A stretch of DNA of 64,000 nucleotides from Pseudomonadota bacterium (GCA_008501635.1 QQUJ01000004.1:3085-67084); one strand, 5' to 3'; positions 1 to 10,200 are shown, counted from the first letter of the stretch. Numbers and translations: made by a program. The notes: generated from the letters alone by a model not told the origin.

Positions 1-862
1 CGGTGAGCACGCCGCTGGTGAAGCTAACCAGCACGATTCCGGCGGCAGCGCTGAAGAGGTCATTGAAGACGCCGTGGTGGAAAGAGGGCAGTACGATCGA
101 AGGTAGACCGCCGGGTACGTGCCCCAGGACCGTCACCCCTTGATGATCCAGACCAAAGCCTGCAACCAGGAGGGTGGCCAGGCCGACCACGACGAAGGCG
201 CCCGGCAGTCGCGGCTGATAGCGGATTATCAGCATCAGAACCAGGAGCATGCCGGTCCCGAGCGCCGCTGTTGGCCAGTGACTTTGATCAACACGCTGAA
301 AAAACTCCAGGATCTTCCTGAAGAACTGCTCTTCCGTGCTCGTGTAGCCGAGCAACTTTGACACCTGCCCCACCATGATGAGTAAAGCGATGCCGTTCAG
401 ATAGCCTGTCAGAATCGGTTGGGAGAGGAAATTGGCGATGAATCCGAGCCTGATTACACCGGCAAACAGGTAGAGCAGTCCGGTCATCACCGTCAGCCCC
501 AACAGCAGCGCTGCGTAGTGCTCCGGATCGCCGCCTGCCAAGGGGCCCAACGTAGCGGCTACAAGGATGCAGGTCGCCGCATCCGGACCGGTGATCAGCT
601 GGCGCGAGGAGCCGAACAGCGCGTACGCAAAGAGCGGGAAGATCGCGGAGTACATGCCGATGACCGGGAGCACGCCGGCAAGATCCGCGTAAGCCATGCC
701 CACGGGCAGAGCGATCGCTGCAACCGATAAGCCGGCGGCGAGATCCCAGGACAGCCAGGAGAGCCGGTATTCGGACAGGGCCAGTATTCCCGGCGCAATT
801 TTTCGAATCAGATGGCGCAGCTTCCGTACTGTGTCGTGAACAGACATGGTCGTCATTTCCAT
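1..862 (-). CDS. SulP/SLC26 family anion transporter, N-terminal part (runs off the window edge)
   Basis: Manual minus-strand translation gives ...WDLAAGLSVAAIALPVGMAYADLAGVLPVIGMYSAIFPLFAYALFGSSRQLITGPDA, the SulP signature. In-frame ATGs at 862/856/847. Not in the ORF track because it has no stop inside the window. Confidence 0.9.
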   Translation of the reverse strand, partial: MEMTTMSVHDTVRKLRHLIRKIAPGILALSEYRLSWLSWDLAAGLSVAAIALPVGMAYADLAGVLPVIGMYSAIFPLFAYALFGSSRQLITGPDAATCILVAATLGPLAGGDPEHYAALLLGLTVMTGLLYLFAGVIRLGFIANFLSQPILTGYLNGIALLIMVGQVSKLLGYTSTEEQFFRKILEFFQRVDQSHWPTAALGTGMLLVLMLIIRYQPRLPGAFVVVGLATLLVAGFGLDHQGVTVLGHVPGGLPSIVLPSFHHGVFNDLFSAAAGIVLVSFTSGVLT

Positions 863-1102
863 GCGATTGGCGTCCGATACTGGCTTACCCGGAGCCAGGC
901 GGGTTGCCTGTTTGTCCGCATGTAGCACGGCATCTCATCACCACTTTGCTAAATGTACGCGCGGGGGAACTCGTTACTCGCAGAATCAAACAGTGACCGG
1001 GGTCCGGCTGGATGCATCGTCGGCTACGTATAGCGCCCTGCCAGCGCCCCATCCCGCTACCACGGAACCGATGCAGCTCACGGTGAACAGCACGCCCACG
1101 GC

Positions 1103-2233
1103 TCAGCTGCTCAGACTCATCGAGCGGCGGAACAGTGCAAGACTGGCCACAAAGAATGCGACGCCCAGCCCGGCCATCAGCAGGACTTCGATCCAGACCG
1201 ATTCGATACCCGCACCGCGAAAAGCCACCGCCTTGGCAAAGGCGAGGAAATGGCGCGAAGGCAGCGCCAGAGTCAGACGCTGGACGATGTCGGGCTGGCT
1301 CTCCACCGCACCCATGCCACCCGAGAGCATGATCACCGGGATAATCACCATGATCACCAGCAGCGCGAACTGCGCCATACTGCGTGCCATGGTGCCAAGG
1401 AACATGCCTATCGCGGCGGCCGCCCACAGATAAACCGCTGCACCCGCGACCAACAATGGCACCGACCCCGCCACCGGTACCCGTAACACCCCTTGCACGA
1501 CAAACAGAAGCGAGCCGATAAAGGCCACCAGAACCACGGCCATCGTCGCCAGAACCTTGGATAGCGCCACTTCCACCGGGGTCAGCGGCATCACCATCAG
1601 ATGCTCGATGGTGCCGTGTTCCCGTTCGCGCAGCATCGCCGCGCCGGTCAACGCGATGGTCAGCAGCGACAGTTGGTTGAGCAATGAGGAGACCGCCTTG
1701 AACCAGACCGGGTTGCCGTTGGAGTTGAAGGCACGGCGCAATTCCAGCCGCAGCGGTGGATCGGGTAGCGCGGGGCTGCCCGACAGGAACGCGCGCGCCT
1801 CAGACTGCACGATATTGCTGATGTAGTCGGTGCCAAGCTGCGCCTGCGACACCGCGGTGGCATCCACCTGAACCTGCGCGGCGGGCGTTTTGCCCGCGAT
1901 CACATCGGCTGCGAAATCCGGTGGGAAGGACAGCACGAACATGATCTCCCCCCGGTCCATGGCAGCGCCCGCCTGCTCGGGACTCATGGCCACCGGCGTC
2001 TGGAACCAGGGCGGTACCAGCGCCGAGCTAATCTGTCTGCTGAGGGCCGACTGGTCTTCGTCGACAATGGCGATGGCGGCGTTGCGTACCGTGTCGCCCG
2101 CGCCGCTCGCCTCCAGCATCACAGCGACGACGAAGGACCACAGGATCAGGATCACCATGACCGGGTCGCCCAGTACGCTTTTCAGCTCCTTGCCGAAAAG
2201 CCAGAAAATATTGATCAGACGCCGCACGCTCAC
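1103..2233 (-). CDS. yhhJ: ABC-2 type permease, YhhJ family
   Basis: 376 aa, KELKSVLGDP start, REREHGTIEHL motif, six TM segments, directly downstream of rbbA. Confidence 0.85.
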   Translation of the reverse strand: MSVRRLINIFWLFGKELKSVLGDPVMVILILWSFVVAVMLEASGAGDTVRNAAIAIVDEDQSALSRQISSALVPPWFQTPVAMSPEQAGAAMDRGEIMFVLSFPPDFAADVIAGKTPAAQVQVDATAVSQAQLGTDYISNIVQSEARAFLSGSPALPDPPLRLELRRAFNSNGNPVWFKAVSSLLNQLSLLTIALTGAAMLREREHGTIEHLMVMPLTPVEVALSKVLATMAVVLVAFIGSLLFVVQGVLRVPVAGSVPLLVAGAAVYLWAAAAIGMFLGTMARSMAQFALLVIMVIIPVIMLSGGMGAVESQPDIVQRLTLALPSRHFLAFAKAVAFRGAGIESVWIEVLLMAGLGVAFFVASLALFRRSMSLSS

Positions 2234-4989
2234 CGCTCCTGCTTGCGCAGCGCGAGGATGGCCAGCCCGGTGAATACCGGACCGAAGGCCGCCAGTCGGA
2301 GCAGTGCACCACTGAGATCCGCCAGCCCCAACCCCTTGGTGAAACTGCCGACGCTGATCGTCATATACCAGGTCGTGGGCCAGAAGGTGCCCAAAATCCG
2401 CGCTGGGCCTTCGAGCGATGAGACCGGTTCCATCATGCCGGAAAACTGCAGGGTCGGCATGACCGACAGGATGGTACTGGCAAACACCGCCGTGACCTGG
2501 GTTGCCGTCATCATCGACACCAGCAGACCAAAGCCGGTCGCCGCCACCGCATAGACCAGCGCCGCCAGCGCCAGCAGCAACGGCTCACCGCGCAGCGGCA
2601 CCCCCAGCACCAGGACCACCAGCGCCGTCAGGATCGCAAAATTCAACAGCGTGATGCCGATGTAAACGAGTTGCTTGCCGATCAGGAACTCTGCCCTGCC
2701 GGTGGGGGTGACGTAGAAATTGGTGATCGTCCCGATCTCCTTTTCGCGCGCCACGCTGACGGCCATCAGGATCGCCGGAAACAGCAGCAACAGCAGCGGC
2801 GGGATCGAGGGGCCGATTGACGGCAGACTGTCCATCGCCGGGTTGTAGAGAAAGCGCGGTTCCAGCACGACGGGTGCGGCGGCGCTAGCCGCTGCCGGGC
2901 GCGCGAGCATATCGAGCGCAGGCACCGCACCGGCGGGTTCGGCCAGTACATGCGCGTGGGCGCCCGTGACATAGCTTTCGATGGTGCCTGCGCGCCCGGT
3001 GTCGGCCCCGTCGATCGTCGCCGCCACCTCGGCCCCGGTGCCGCGCCGCAGATCGGCGCCGAAACCGGGCGGGATCTGCAGCGCCAGCGCCAGTTCGCCA
3101 CTGGTCAGTCGGCGCTCCAGCTCATCGATACCCAGAAGCGGCGTACGGCCCAGAAACCAGAGGGAATCCTCGAACGTCGAGAGATAAGCGCGGCTTTCCG
3201 GGCTGCCGTCCTGATCCAGTGCGGCGAAGGGGATGTTGCGCACCTCCTGGGAAATGCCAAACGACATGATCAGCAGCAGCAGTGCGCTACCCAGAAAAGC
3301 GAAGGCCAGTCGTACCGGATCACGGCGTACCTGCAGCGCCTCGCGTGCGGTGAAGGCGAGCAGGCGGCGCACACTGAAGCCGGCGGCATCGTGCGCTGCA
3401 CTGGTTTCCTCAGGGGCGATAGAGAGCCCCGCGCCCGTGGCGGGCTCGGGCGGAATCTCGGCGGAGATGTAGGCGACGAAGGCATCTTCCAGCGTCGCGG
3501 CATCGCGCGAGCGGATGATCGCCGCCGGCGTGTCGGTGACCAGCACCCGGCCGGCGTGCATCAGCGACATGCGATCGCAGCGCAGCGCCTCGTCCATGAA
3601 ATGGGTCGAGATGAAGATCGTCACGCCATCCTTGCGCGACAGATCCAGCAAGAGCCGCCAGAAGTCATCGCGCGCCTGCGGATCGACGCCCGATGTCGGC
3701 TCGTCGAGGATCAGGATCTCCGGCGCGTGAATCACCGCCACCGCGAGCGACAGCCGCTGGCGCAGGCCCAGTGGCAACGCCCCGGCGCGCTGGTCCAGGT
3801 AGGGTTCAAGACCGAAACGCGGCACCAGGTCGGCCATCTGTCGATCGGTCAGTTCGCGCCCGAGGTGAAAGAGTCGTGCGTGCAGCAACAGATTTTCGCG
3901 CACGCTCAGCTCACCGTAGAGCGAAAAGGCCTGCGACATGAAGCCCACGCGGCGGCGCGCCTGCGGGTCCTGCGCATCCACCGGCTGACCGAAAATCCAG
4001 GCCTCACCCTCCGAGGCGGGCAGCAACCCGGTCAGCATTTTCATGGTGGTGGTCTTGCCGCAGCCATTGGAGCCGAGAAAGCCGAAAATCTCGCCCCGCG
4101 CGATGTCGAAGCTGACCGCATCCACGGCCGTGAAATCGCCAAAGCGCCGGGTCAGGGCACGGGCACGGATCGCCGGTTCACCGCTCGCAGCGGGCAGCGC
4201 GGCAACCGGCGCGGGGTCCGCGGCCGCATCGGTTTCGGCCGCGCCCGATTGCAGCAGCGCGACAAAGGCCTCGCTGACCGACCCGGTGCCGGTCTGGCTC
4301 ATCAGCTTCTGCGGGCTGGCCTCGGCCAGCACGCGGCCCGCGTTCATCGCCACCAGATGGTCGAAGCGCGCGGCCTCTTCCATATAGGCGGTGGACACCA
4401 GCACACTCATCCCCGGCCGGTCGGCGCGAATGGTATCGATCAGGTCCCAGAACTGGCGGCGCGCCAACGGGTCGACGCCGGTGGTGGGCTCGTCGAGCAG
4501 CAGGAAATCCGGGTCATGGATCAGCGCTGAACAGAGCCCCAGTTTCTGCTTCATCCCACCCGACAGCTTGCCGGCGAGCCGGTCGAGAAAAGGATGCAGG
4601 CCGGTGGCGCGCGTCAACCGCTCGATACGCGCGGCGCGTTCAGCCCGGCCCAGACCGAAAAGCTTGCCGAAGAATTCCAGATTTTCATGCAGGCTGAGAT
4701 CATGATAGAGGTTGCGCCCCAGTCCCTGGGGCATATAGGCGATGCGCCCGCCCACGGCGGCGCGATGGCGCGCATCGGCCATGTCACCGTCCAGCGTTTG
4801 CACACCGCCCTGCTGCAGCCGTTTGGCGCCCGCGATCAAGCCCATCAGTGTGGATTTGCCCACACCGTCGGGTCCGATCAATCCCACCATCCGCCCGGCC
4901 GGCAGCGCCAGCGTCAGATCGCGAAGCGCGGTGACCTTGCCATAGCGGTGGCTGACGCGCTCAAGACGGGTGACGGACGCAGCCTGCAT
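2230..4989 (-). CDS. rbbA: RbbA-like protein: two ABC ATPase domains fused to an ABC-2 permease
   Basis: Two Walker A motifs (GPDGVGKS, GSNGCGKT), LSGGMKQKL signature, C-terminal REKEIGTITNFYVTP permease domain. Confidence 0.9.
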   Translation of the reverse strand: MQAASVTRLERVSHRYGKVTALRDLTLALPAGRMVGLIGPDGVGKSTLMGLIAGAKRLQQGGVQTLDGDMADARHRAAVGGRIAYMPQGLGRNLYHDLSLHENLEFFGKLFGLGRAERAARIERLTRATGLHPFLDRLAGKLSGGMKQKLGLCSALIHDPDFLLLDEPTTGVDPLARRQFWDLIDTIRADRPGMSVLVSTAYMEEAARFDHLVAMNAGRVLAEASPQKLMSQTGTGSVSEAFVALLQSGAAETDAAADPAPVAALPAASGEPAIRARALTRRFGDFTAVDAVSFDIARGEIFGFLGSNGCGKTTTMKMLTGLLPASEGEAWIFGQPVDAQDPQARRRVGFMSQAFSLYGELSVRENLLLHARLFHLGRELTDRQMADLVPRFGLEPYLDQRAGALPLGLRQRLSLAVAVIHAPEILILDEPTSGVDPQARDDFWRLLLDLSRKDGVTIFISTHFMDEALRCDRMSLMHAGRVLVTDTPAAIIRSRDAATLEDAFVAYISAEIPPEPATGAGLSIAPEETSAAHDAAGFSVRRLLAFTAREALQVRRDPVRLAFAFLGSALLLLIMSFGISQEVRNIPFAALDQDGSPESRAYLSTFEDSLWFLGRTPLLGIDELERRLTSGELALALQIPPGFGADLRRGTGAEVAATIDGADTGRAGTIESYVTGAHAHVLAEPAGAVPALDMLARPAAASAAAPVVLEPRFLYNPAMDSLPSIGPSIPPLLLLLFPAILMAVSVAREKEIGTITNFYVTPTGRAEFLIGKQLVYIGITLLNFAILTALVVLVLGVPLRGEPLLLALAALVYAVAATGFGLLVSMMTATQVTAVFASTILSVMPTLQFSGMMEPVSSLEGPARILGTFWPTTWYMTISVGSFTKGLGLADLSGALLRLAAFGPVFTGLAILALRKQER

Positions 4990-4991
4990 GG

Positions 4992-6014
4992 CTAATCGGT
5001 GGGCGGGTCGGTGGGCGTGGCGACCAGCGGTGGGATGAGTCCCTCCGGCCAGTCCGGCAGGTTGCCGTCGTCCCCCGCCAGCCGCACCCAGGCGACGCCG
5101 CGTACGCCGGTCTTGACCTGGTCCATCCGCGCCGCGGCCAGTTCGGGTGGAATACTCACGCGGATGCGGAACATCAGGCTCTCACGCTCGGTCACGGTTT
5201 CTACTTGTTTGGGTGTGAACTGTGCTTGCGGCGAGACGAAGGACACCACCGCGGGCACGGCGGCAGTGGGCATGATATCGGGGACGATGCGCGCCTCGTC
5301 GCCGAGCCTGACGCGTGGGGCTTCGGTGGCGGGCAGGAAGAACTCCATGTAGATATTCTCGAGGCTGACCAGCGTCAGCAGCTTGCCGCCGTTGCCTAGA
5401 ATCTCACCTGGCTGCGCCAGACGGTAAAGCACCCGCCCCGCGCCCTGTGCGTAAAGCGTGCTGTCGGCGATACGTGCCGCGATCTCGGCGCGCGCGGCGG
5501 CTTCGGCGTCGACGGCGCGCTGTCGGGCTCGCAGGTTCGCCTTGGTGGCGGCCAGCGCAGCCTCGGCCACCTGCGTCTCGGTGCGGCGTATGTCGAGATC
5601 CTGTTGCGAGAGCATGTCGCGCGTGCTCAGCGTCTCGGCGCGGGCCTGTTCACTGCGTGCCAGCGCCAGTTTCGCCTCGGCCTCGACCACCTGTGCGGAC
5701 GCCACCCCGACCGCCGCCTCGGCGCTGGCCACCGCCGCCTCGGCGCGCATCAACTGCGACTTCAGTTCGGCGGTGTCCATGACCGCCAGCACATCGCCCG
5801 GCTGCACTCGATCGCCCTCCCGCACCTTGATTTCGGCCACCCGCCCGGCCAGGCGTGGCGAGATGTCGACGAGGTCCGCCTCGATTCGGCCATTACCGCG
5901 GGCAAACCCCTCGGGCGGCAGGCCCGAGGGTTTGAACAACACCGTCCATGCGGCGAAACCCAGAAGAGCCAGAAGGGCGATGAGAACGATGGAAATGGAG
6001 ATCTTGCGGGACAT
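4992..6014 (-). CDS. HlyD-family periplasmic adaptor (YhiI-like)
   Basis: N-terminal TM, GNGRIEA, lipoyl/coiled-coil hairpin, AQFTPKQVET motif; ATG at 6014 with GAGGAG SD. Confidence 0.88.
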   Translation of the reverse strand: MSRKISISIVLIALLALLGFAAWTVLFKPSGLPPEGFARGNGRIEADLVDISPRLAGRVAEIKVREGDRVQPGDVLAVMDTAELKSQLMRAEAAVASAEAAVGVASAQVVEAEAKLALARSEQARAETLSTRDMLSQQDLDIRRTETQVAEAALAATKANLRARQRAVDAEAAARAEIAARIADSTLYAQGAGRVLYRLAQPGEILGNGGKLLTLVSLENIYMEFFLPATEAPRVRLGDEARIVPDIMPTAAVPAVVSFVSPQAQFTPKQVETVTERESLMFRIRVSIPPELAAARMDQVKTGVRGVAWVRLAGDDGNLPDWPEGLIPPLVATPTDPPTD

Positions 6015-6121
6015 GTGCTCTCCTCGTTGGCAAGCCCCTTCTGGCAAAAAGATCTGCCCGCATCAACAGGGAGCCTTTAAATTTTCAGCCACTACCTTAA
6101 TGGTTGGGCGATAATGTACAA

Positions 6122-6141
6122 CCCCGCCGCAAGCGGCGGGG
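6122..6141. repeat. Perfect GC-rich palindrome CCCCGCCGCAAGCGGCGGGG (REP-like, IS200/605-end-like, or a terminator stem)
   Basis: Hairpin seen directly in the adh-yhiI intergenic region. Confidence 0.5.
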
Positions 6142-6246
6142 CATCACTGCAAAGTCTAGTTGAAACACTCGCGGCGAGCCGCGAGTAATTTGACCCCCAG
6201 AGATTTCCTGCATGCTCTTGCTGGGCGGCGCACCGGGCGGGACTTC

Positions 6247-7302
6247 TCAGGCTCCGAACTCAATCATCGGTTTGATCATGCCGTCTTCTTTCCTCTCCAT
6301 CATGCGGAACGCTTTCTCAATCTCATCGAATCCAAAGGAATGGGTGGTCATCGGAGTGGGATCGATCCGCCCGGTTTCCAGCAACCTCAGCAGGCGGGAG
6401 AGCCGCAAATGTCCGCCCGGGCAGAGACCCGTCGCGATGTCCTTCTCCGCCATTCCCACGCCCCACTCCACGCGGGGGATCTCGACGAACTCGCCGTCAC
6501 CATGGTAACCAGCGTTCGAGATCATACCGCCGGGCTTGGTCACCTTGACGCACTGTTGCAACACCTTGGACGAGCCCAGCGCATCGATGGCCGCATCCAC
6601 GCCTTCGCCGTTCGTGAGCTCGAAAATCCGCTCTACCACGTCAACTTTTGTGAAGTCCAACACCTCGTCGGCCCCATAGTGCCGAGCCAGCTCCTGTCGC
6701 TTGGGCACGCTTTCAATCGCGATTACGAAACCGGCACCCTGCAGGCGTGCCCCCGCCGTGCACATGAGACCCACGGGGCCCTGTGCGAAGATCGCGACAG
6801 TGCCACCGATGGGAATCCGGGCGTTTTCTGCGGCCATGAATCCAGTGCTCATCATGTCGCACACGTACACAGCCGACTCGTCTGGCACACCATCGGGGAT
6901 CAGCGCGAGGTTGGCGTCCGCTTCGTTGACGTGTACGTAATCGGCAAAGGTGCCGTCCTTGATATTGGCGAACTTCCATCCTCCCAGCGCCCCACCAGAC
7001 TGCGACGAATGGCCTCCCTGCGCAGCGTCTGAACCCCAGTCGGGGGTGATAGCACCCACCGCCACCCGGTCTCCCTGCTTGAAGTTGGCGACTAACGATC
7101 CGACTTCCTCGACCACGCCAACGACTTCATGTCCCAGCGTGAGGTTCTTCCGTTCTCCAATCGCACCATGGACGGTATGCACATCAGATGTGCAGATCAG
7201 CCCCTTGGTCGGACGCAGGATCGCGTCCAGGGGCCCACAGGTCGGCCGTTCCTTTTCAACGACGCCCACTTGCCCGGTTTTCAACATTACGAATGCCTTC
7301 AT
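6247..7302 (-). CDS. Zn-dependent NAD(P) alcohol dehydrogenase, secondary-ADH (Thermoanaerobacter/Clostridium type) family
   Basis: CTSDVHT, GHEVVG, DMMSTGF and GPVGL motifs; lacks the four-Cys structural Zn site. Confidence 0.85.
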   Translation of the reverse strand: MKAFVMLKTGQVGVVEKERPTCGPLDAILRPTKGLICTSDVHTVHGAIGERKNLTLGHEVVGVVEEVGSLVANFKQGDRVAVGAITPDWGSDAAQGGHSSQSGGALGGWKFANIKDGTFADYVHVNEADANLALIPDGVPDESAVYVCDMMSTGFMAAENARIPIGGTVAIFAQGPVGLMCTAGARLQGAGFVIAIESVPKRQELARHYGADEVLDFTKVDVVERIFELTNGEGVDAAIDALGSSKVLQQCVKVTKPGGMISNAGYHGDGEFVEIPRVEWGVGMAEKDIATGLCPGGHLRLSRLLRLLETGRIDPTPMTTHSFGFDEIEKAFRMMERKEDGMIKPMIEFGA

Positions 7303-7330
7303 AGAAGTCTCCTTAAATTCTCGGTATTGG

Positions 7331-7362
7331 AAAAGGGCCGGAAAAGGCGGAAAAGGGGACGC
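7331..7362 (+). repeat. AAAAGGGGACG box with degenerate tandem precursors (copy 1)
   Basis: GGAAAAGGGCCGGAAAAGGCGGAAAAGGGGACG; reverse complement of the boxes at 8547 and 10318. Confidence 0.6.
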
Positions 7363-7401
7363 CCATTAGCCGACTCCGGTCAAGCGGCACGAATGCTGTT
7401 C

Positions 7402-8442
7402 TTACAGGCAAATGTACTGAATACCACTAGCATCCGGTGAGGCACTTTGGTTCTCGATGTATTGCTCGTTAGTCCCATCCTGCTCAATCACAACGACGCC
7501 GGTTTCGCGCACCACCGGGCCCGGATCACCAACGTAACGGTGAAATAAAAGCTTCTCATCCTCGTCGTACCAAACCGGCGTACGATCCAGATGTAGACCA
7601 ACGCCGGGAGCACAGGAGACGCACAGGGCAGCGAAAGGCGCTGTAGTAGCCACCCGATAAATTTTTCCGCCCCCGCCCTCATAAGCCAGATATCGATTGT
7701 CTTTAGACCATGCGATTCGATTGGGCTTGGCTGTTAACGTCAATGGAGTGCTTCCTGCGAACACCGTGCTGGTCGCCTGGAGGCTACCGTCCGCTTGCCG
7801 AATGACGACGTCACGACCGCGCACAAAAGCGACCCGACCATCCGAAGCCCAGGAAGGCAAAATGTCGTTCACGCCAATCGTTCGAACCAGCAACGTGCGG
7901 TTGCTGCCGTCCAGGTTGCTGGTATACAGGTCGTAGTCGTTCGGATCAGCAGGGCCGGTGCTGGCGAAAACTATCAGCCGATTGTCGGTGGAGATGCTTG
8001 GGTGACGACTGTTTAGCGACAAGGGCGACAATGGAACAGGTACGCTTCCCGGCGTTCGTGTATCGACGCGATACAAAGACAGATTGTCGTTGGTATTTTC
8101 CCAAGTGAAATAGAGCCAACGACCATCGGAACCCCAAGCATAATCAGTGGTCGCACGGCCCGCCAGGCTCCCGGTTAAATTCTTGAATCCACTGCCGTCT
8201 CTCGTTGCGACAAAAATGTCGTTTCTGGCGTGCTGCGCACCAAAATAGGCAAAGCGGTTTTCAGAGGGGGCCCAGATGGGAACTTTGTTGTTACGTGTTG
8301 GCAGAGACACGTTCCTGATTCGCTCACAGATCACCAGCCGGATATTCCCAGTCGTTGGCTGATGGAAAAGGACCGCGGATTGGCAGCCTAAGAGTAAAAA
8401 GGCGATAAATAGTAATGTGCCTGCTTTGAGTGGTTGAACCAT
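7402..8442 (-). CDS. TolB-like (PD40/WD40-like) beta-propeller lipoprotein
   Basis: Lipobox LLLGC, repeated P-x-W-S-x-D-G and IVF-x-S blades. Confidence 0.75.
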   Translation of the reverse strand: MVQPLKAGTLLFIAFLLLGCQSAVLFHQPTTGNIRLVICERIRNVSLPTRNNKVPIWAPSENRFAYFGAQHARNDIFVATRDGSGFKNLTGSLAGRATTDYAWGSDGRWLYFTWENTNDNLSLYRVDTRTPGSVPVPLSPLSLNSRHPSISTDNRLIVFASTGPADPNDYDLYTSNLDGSNRTLLVRTIGVNDILPSWASDGRVAFVRGRDVVIRQADGSLQATSTVFAGSTPLTLTAKPNRIAWSKDNRYLAYEGGGGKIYRVATTAPFAALCVSCAPGVGLHLDRTPVWYDEDEKLLFHRYVGDPGPVVRETGVVVIEQDGTNEQYIENQSASPDASGIQYICL

Positions 8443-8520
8443 AGCTCTCCTCCTTGAAGCCAGTAGGCGATGAATGCGCGAGTCCGGCGATTCTTCTTAA
8501 AACGTGTTCAGATTAGTATT

Positions 8521-8563
8521 AAAGGGCTCTGACCCCTTTAAATGCTTTCCCTTCGTCCCCTTT
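8521..8563 (-). repeat. AAAGGGCTCTGACCCCTTT hairpin plus TTCCCTTCGTCCCCTTT box (copy 2)
   Basis: The 17-mer is identical to the one at 10318-10334. Confidence 0.6.
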
Positions 8564-8586
8564 ATACTCTTTTTCGCGACGGTCTC

Positions 8587-9030
8587 TCAGGTTTCCTGTT
8601 GAAGCCTTTGTTCAATATCACGCAGTAGCTCAATGGTACTTTCAAGCCGCGCCGGATCGAGACCACGGCTCAGGTCGTTAACCCAGCGTGCCTGAATTTG
8701 GCTGATCTGCTCGTATTTGTGTTTTCCCAGTTCAGTCAGCCGTATCAGTTTTGCGCGGCGGTGAAGGGGGTTGGGCTCGAAGGCGACAATACCCTCCTCT
8801 GCCAGCACATCAACCAACCGTTGGACACTCTGACGTTTGAGCCCCATCTCACGCGCGATCTGCGTCGCGGTGAGTGCGTTCCCATCCAATGTACCCATGA
8901 CCTGCCAGCGTGCGCTGGTTAGTCTCAGTTCGCGGGTCAGGCGGTCACCCGCCGCCAGAAGCAGGCCATTCACCCGAAAGACAGCCAGTATCAGGTTCGT
9001 GGTGATTTCTCCGGATCTCGTACGGTTCAT
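8587..9030 (-). CDS. MarR family transcriptional regulator
   Basis: LTSARWQVMG, TATQIAREMGLKRQSVQRLVD wHTH, NPLHRRAKLIRLT; ATG at 9030 with GAAGGA SD. Confidence 0.9.
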   Translation of the reverse strand: MNRTRSGEITTNLILAVFRVNGLLLAAGDRLTRELRLTSARWQVMGTLDGNALTATQIAREMGLKRQSVQRLVDVLAEEGIVAFEPNPLHRRAKLIRLTELGKHKYEQISQIQARWVNDLSRGLDPARLESTIELLRDIEQRLQQET

Positions 9031-9049
9031 GTAATCCTTCCACTGCCAT

Positions 9050-9085
9050 TGACAGCATACTGACAAGATGACAGCATACTGACAA
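9050..9085. promoter_or_regulatory. Tandem operator TGACAGCATACTGACAA x2 (putative MarR sites)
   Basis: Two exact 17-bp copies, each pseudo-palindromic, between the divergent marR and DUF2269-like genes. Confidence 0.7.
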
Positions 9086-9124
9086 ACACCATGCGGTTTG
9101 TCAATCCATAACAGGAGTAGGGTT

Positions 9125-9628
9125 ATGAATACGTTTCTTAAGGGTTTTCATCTTGTCGCTCTGGCAATTTTCCTGGGAAGTATCCCTGGGCACATTCTAT
9201 TGGGGGCTATGGGAGATCCAGCGCGGGATCTCGAAGGATTTGCGGTGCTGATGCAGGCGAAACAAATGAATGTCCAATGGCTCACCGTTCCAGGTCTCGT
9301 GATCACCCTGCTGTCGGGTCTCACCCTCATGGTGAGGCGAGGAATCAAACCGACCAGGAATCGGTGGTTGGCAGCCAAGCTTGCGTTGGTTGTGCTGGTT
9401 GCTCTGAATGGCGCGCTGATACTGGGTCCCCTTAGTCGTGAAATGGCCACTATGGCCCAACATGCCGTGCAGGCAGGTGCACTGCCAAGTGCCTTTGCGA
9501 CGCTGGAAGGACGGGAGGCGATCTTCGGTGCGGTCAATCTGGCGATGATCCTGACCATTATCGGTCTTGTCGTCGCCAAACCCGCTTTGCGGCGTGCAAA
9601 TGGCCCGTCTGCGGGTATTCCACAATGA
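9125..9628 (+). CDS. DUF2269-like 4-TM membrane protein
   Basis: LKGFHL at TM1, WLAAKLAL, C-terminal VAKP; AGGAG SD. Confidence 0.65.
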   Translation: MNTFLKGFHLVALAIFLGSIPGHILLGAMGDPARDLEGFAVLMQAKQMNVQWLTVPGLVITLLSGLTLMVRRGIKPTRNRWLAAKLALVVLVALNGALILGPLSREMATMAQHAVQAGALPSAFATLEGREAIFGAVNLAMILTIIGLVVAKPALRRANGPSAGIPQ

Positions 9629-10200
9629 TCTACCCATTGCTCAAGTTTGCCCACATCGTTGGCGTGATGCTTATTGGCGCCGGGCTCATTGGCGTCTGGT
9701 TTGCCGATCTGCGCAGCCGCCAACTGAGGGAGTTGAGCCCTTTTGCGGAGGCGGTACGCAACATTGCGGTTTTTTATGATGGCCTGGTGGTCCCGGGTGC
9801 AATTCTGTTGTTGCTATCGGGCAGTTGGTTGATCGCGGAGTTCTTTGGAGGTTGGCAGTTTCTGAAACAACCTTGGCTTCTCGGAATGGTGGTGCTGTTT
9901 TTGTTCGAGTTCATAGAGGGAAATACTGTAACGCGGCTCTACTTCATGCGGATGCGCCGCCTGACCCGAGAGGCCCTTCGCGAGGGACACTTTACGCCTG
10001 AGCTTGAGGCGGCGCGGGCGGAATCGGTACCCTCCTTCACCCATTTTCTGGATCTGCCGGTGCTATTGGTCATCGTGGCCTTGGGCACGATCAAACCGGA
10101 GACCTGGACGTTGTTTCTGGTGGGCTGTCTCGCGGCCATCCTGGTGGCTGTCGCATTGACGCGATACATACCCAAACTCTATCCGTGGGGTGCGGGGTAG
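9625..10200 (+). CDS. DUF2269-like membrane protein
   Basis: LKFAHIVG, GWQFLKQPWL, GTIKP; ATGA overlap with the upstream paralogue. Confidence 0.7.
   Translation: MIYPLLKFAHIVGVMLIGAGLIGVWFADLRSRQLRELSPFAEAVRNIAVFYDGLVVPGAILLLLSGSWLIAEFFGGWQFLKQPWLLGMVVLFLFEFIEGNTVTRLYFMRMRRLTREALREGHFTPELEAARAESVPSFTHFLDLPVLLVIVALGTIKPETWTLFLVGCLAAILVAVALTRYIPKLYPWGAG

Noticed and set aside
2950-4530. Long antisense ORFs (also 17659-19107, 20190-21890, 29926-31281, 44353-45972, 52123-53541)
   Set aside because: They mirror well-supported genes on the other strand, as expected in high-GC DNA, and show no motifs
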